From positions 12,774,001 through 12,838,000 of the forward strand of contig NC_045697.1 in assembly GCF_009834535.1 (NCBI RefSeq): a DNA stretch of 64,000 bases, written 5' to 3'. This DNA comes from Camelus ferus (taxonomy: Eukaryota). The notes under the pieces are model-generated. The model saw nothing but the letters and a program-made list of their open reading frames with translations, ran no database searches and was not told the DNA's origin. A program made the translations under genes and the position numbers. Below are positions 61,845 to 64,000 of the stretch, piece after piece (within the stretch, counting starts at the first letter, position 1; each line of letters opens with the position of its first letter).

Positions 61845-62780
61845 CCTGGTCGACATTTACTGAGCACCAGCGATGATAAGGTCTCAGATATAAAGATGAA
61901 TTAAGACATCGTTAATCCCCTCAAGTGTGTTCAGAGTCTAGTAGAGAGGTGTACTTGTAAATCATACTACAAGGAGACGTACCACATGCTATGGCAGAAG
62001 TACGTACATGTGGAGAAAAGGACTTAGTACGCACACTAAGAACACAGGGATGTGTAAGAGTAATCAGGACAACGAGGATATCCCATTCCAGACAGGAATG
62101 GATGATGGATGGTTTCTAAAGATCTCCTCCGGCTTCATGAACCTCGCCTCACGTATCCCTGTCCTTGTGGGGTCCCCAACACTTGAATCCGGACTAGCCC
62201 TTTGATTCACTCTTGGTCAGTAAACTGTTGCTGTGTGATTTCTGAGGCTAGAGCTTAAGAAAACCTTACAACTGCCATCTAGGCCTCTTAGGGCTCTTGC
62301 TTTTAGGATGATCTCTCTTGGAACCCATCTCAGAAGTGTACCTATTTGAGGCCCCCATGCTGTGAGAAGCCTGGGCCATGTGGAGAGTCGCAGAGGATGA
62401 GAAATCAGAGAGTCCATGAAGCCTCATGCCAAGGCACCAGGCATGTGCATGAAGAAATGGTCTGAGAAGTGTATCTTCTAGCCCCAGCTACTTTAGCTGA
62501 AGCCACTTGGAGCAAGGCTGTTTCTAAAATTCATTATCTTAAAACTATGAGCAAAATAAAGGATTGCTTTAAGCCACCAAGTTTTAGAGTAATTTCTTAT
62601 ACAGCAGTTATTAACTAGAATGGAGGGTAATGTACAGAACGCAGAGGTATGAAAAGGTCAATTTTAACCTAGGAATAGCAAGAAGTTTAATAGCTTATTA
62701 TATAGCTGGAGAAAGAATGTTAGGGGAAATATAATAGAACATTTGCAATTACAATTGTGGGGACCCTAGCCCAGTCTGAG
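61845..62780 (-). mobile_element. L2 remnant split by a MaLR LTR
   Basis: 'catttactgagcacc...gatataaagatgaattaagaca...cagagtctagtagagag'; resumes after 62620. Confidence 0.5.
62103..62620 (+). mobile_element. MaLR LTR (MLT1G/H-like)
   Basis: 'tgtgatttctgaggctag...ccatgctgtgagaagcctgggccatgtggagag...gctttaagccaccaagttttagagtaatttcttatacagcag'. Confidence 0.7.
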
Positions 62781-62842
62781 TCTAGAGGTGAAGCTGATTT
62801 CAAGCACTGAAAGGGACAATGATTCAAGTGAGGTCTTTAGGT

Positions 62843-62990
62843 CTCCTTCCACCTCCTCCTTGTTCTTCTTTATCATCATCATCTCCTCCCCCCTCCCCTC
62901 TCCCTCCCTTCCTCCTCCCTTTCCCCTCCCCCTCCCTTTCCCCTCCCTCACTCCTCCTCCTTCTCCTCCTCTCTCTCTCTCACACACACA
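62843..62990. repeat. Polypyrimidine (CCT/CCCT/CT) tract followed by (CA)n
   Basis: Directly visible low-complexity tract. Confidence 0.9.
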
Positions 62991-64000
62991 AACTATGTTT
63001 GTCACTCTACTAAAGTTTGTGATATTTTACCTCCAGTTTCAAGCTGAATAATCTAAGAGACTCTTATGACTCAGTAAGATTCATTTGTCCATCCCTGGAT
63101 CAAACACAGAGGCCAGTAACTGATTCGCTAAGTCAGATTAAATTTTCTGCCCAGGGGTGGAGGGTACTGTGGGTAGTGGGTAGGATCCTATCCAAGTCAA
63201 ATAATAAAGTAAGAAAGAAGCTATTTCCTCAAGGAACAGGGTGTTAGCCAATAGTTGTTTACTACAGAGAGCGTCACAGGAAGTCAGCCTATCTCAGCAG
63301 TTGTTGGTCACAGAAGGTTTTGTATTTGGAGCGCAGGTATAGCCCGGATTTTGACCAAAGAGTGTTATAAAGTCATTCCAGTTTATGATTGATTAGATGT
63401 GTTCTCTTGACTGTTTTGTTTGCATGATGATGACGATTTTCTCTGTAGGGAAAATACTGATACCTAATAGACATTTCCTTCCAACTATACAGATGGCTTT
63501 GTGTCAAGAAAACCATATTCTCCCATTTAGTTCGTTTGCTACTAATCTGTGACATATTGTTTCAAGATACTTAGTAATGGAGTTTAGGCTATAGCTATAG
63601 TATCAATTCCTTCATTCATTCATTCACTCACTAGATATTTAATAAAACAGTCCTTTCCCAGACCAGTCTAAATAGACAGAGGCTTGATAGATAAATAGAT
63701 GACAGACAGAATTGGCCTTGAGTTTCCCACTGACCAAAAGCAAGTGAGGGTGCAAAGACAGGGGGTTATACCAGTTTTGATTTTCTACAAAGGAAGATAT
63801 AAATTGAAAAATTTTTAAGCAATTAAAAATACATTTTTATATGAAGCTTCATATAGAAGACCCAAAAAGCAAAAGAGGGGTACTTAGCAATGTCTTTAAT
63901 TATATCTTTCTTACAGAAAAAAAAAAAAAACCAACAAATTTTCTGAAACAAGTAAGAGATAGCCCCTACCCTCTGGTCACTTACCTAACAGTATAAGAAA

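Noticed and set aside
62766..63051. Pro/Ser- and Gly/Glu-rich ORFs
   Set aside because: Translations of a low-complexity CT tract

Overview
AT-rich, CpG-depleted mammalian genomic DNA with no recognisable protein-coding gene, rRNA, tRNA or CRISPR array. Much of the window is decayed transposable elements: MIR, L2, old and young L1, MaLR/ERVL/ERV1 solo LTRs, and hAT/Tigger DNA transposons. Families were assigned by eye from remembered consensus sequences, so subfamily names and boundaries are approximate. The young L1 3' ends and the apparent lack of ruminant, pig or whale SINEs suggest a camelid genome (inference). The standout unique feature is a small CpG-rich promoter-like island at ~24.3-24.8 kb. 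It is built on a 39-bp tandem array whose unit carries an NRF1 palindrome plus overlapping AhR-XRE and NFE2L2/sMAF-ARE motifs, and it is flanked by outward-facing GTAAGT splice donors on both strands. This suggests a bidirectional promoter for unannotated spliced transcripts or micropeptides. Retrotransposition signatures include three twin-priming L1 inversions, a probable L1 3' transduction and a MER41-like solo LTR with a 4-bp TSD.
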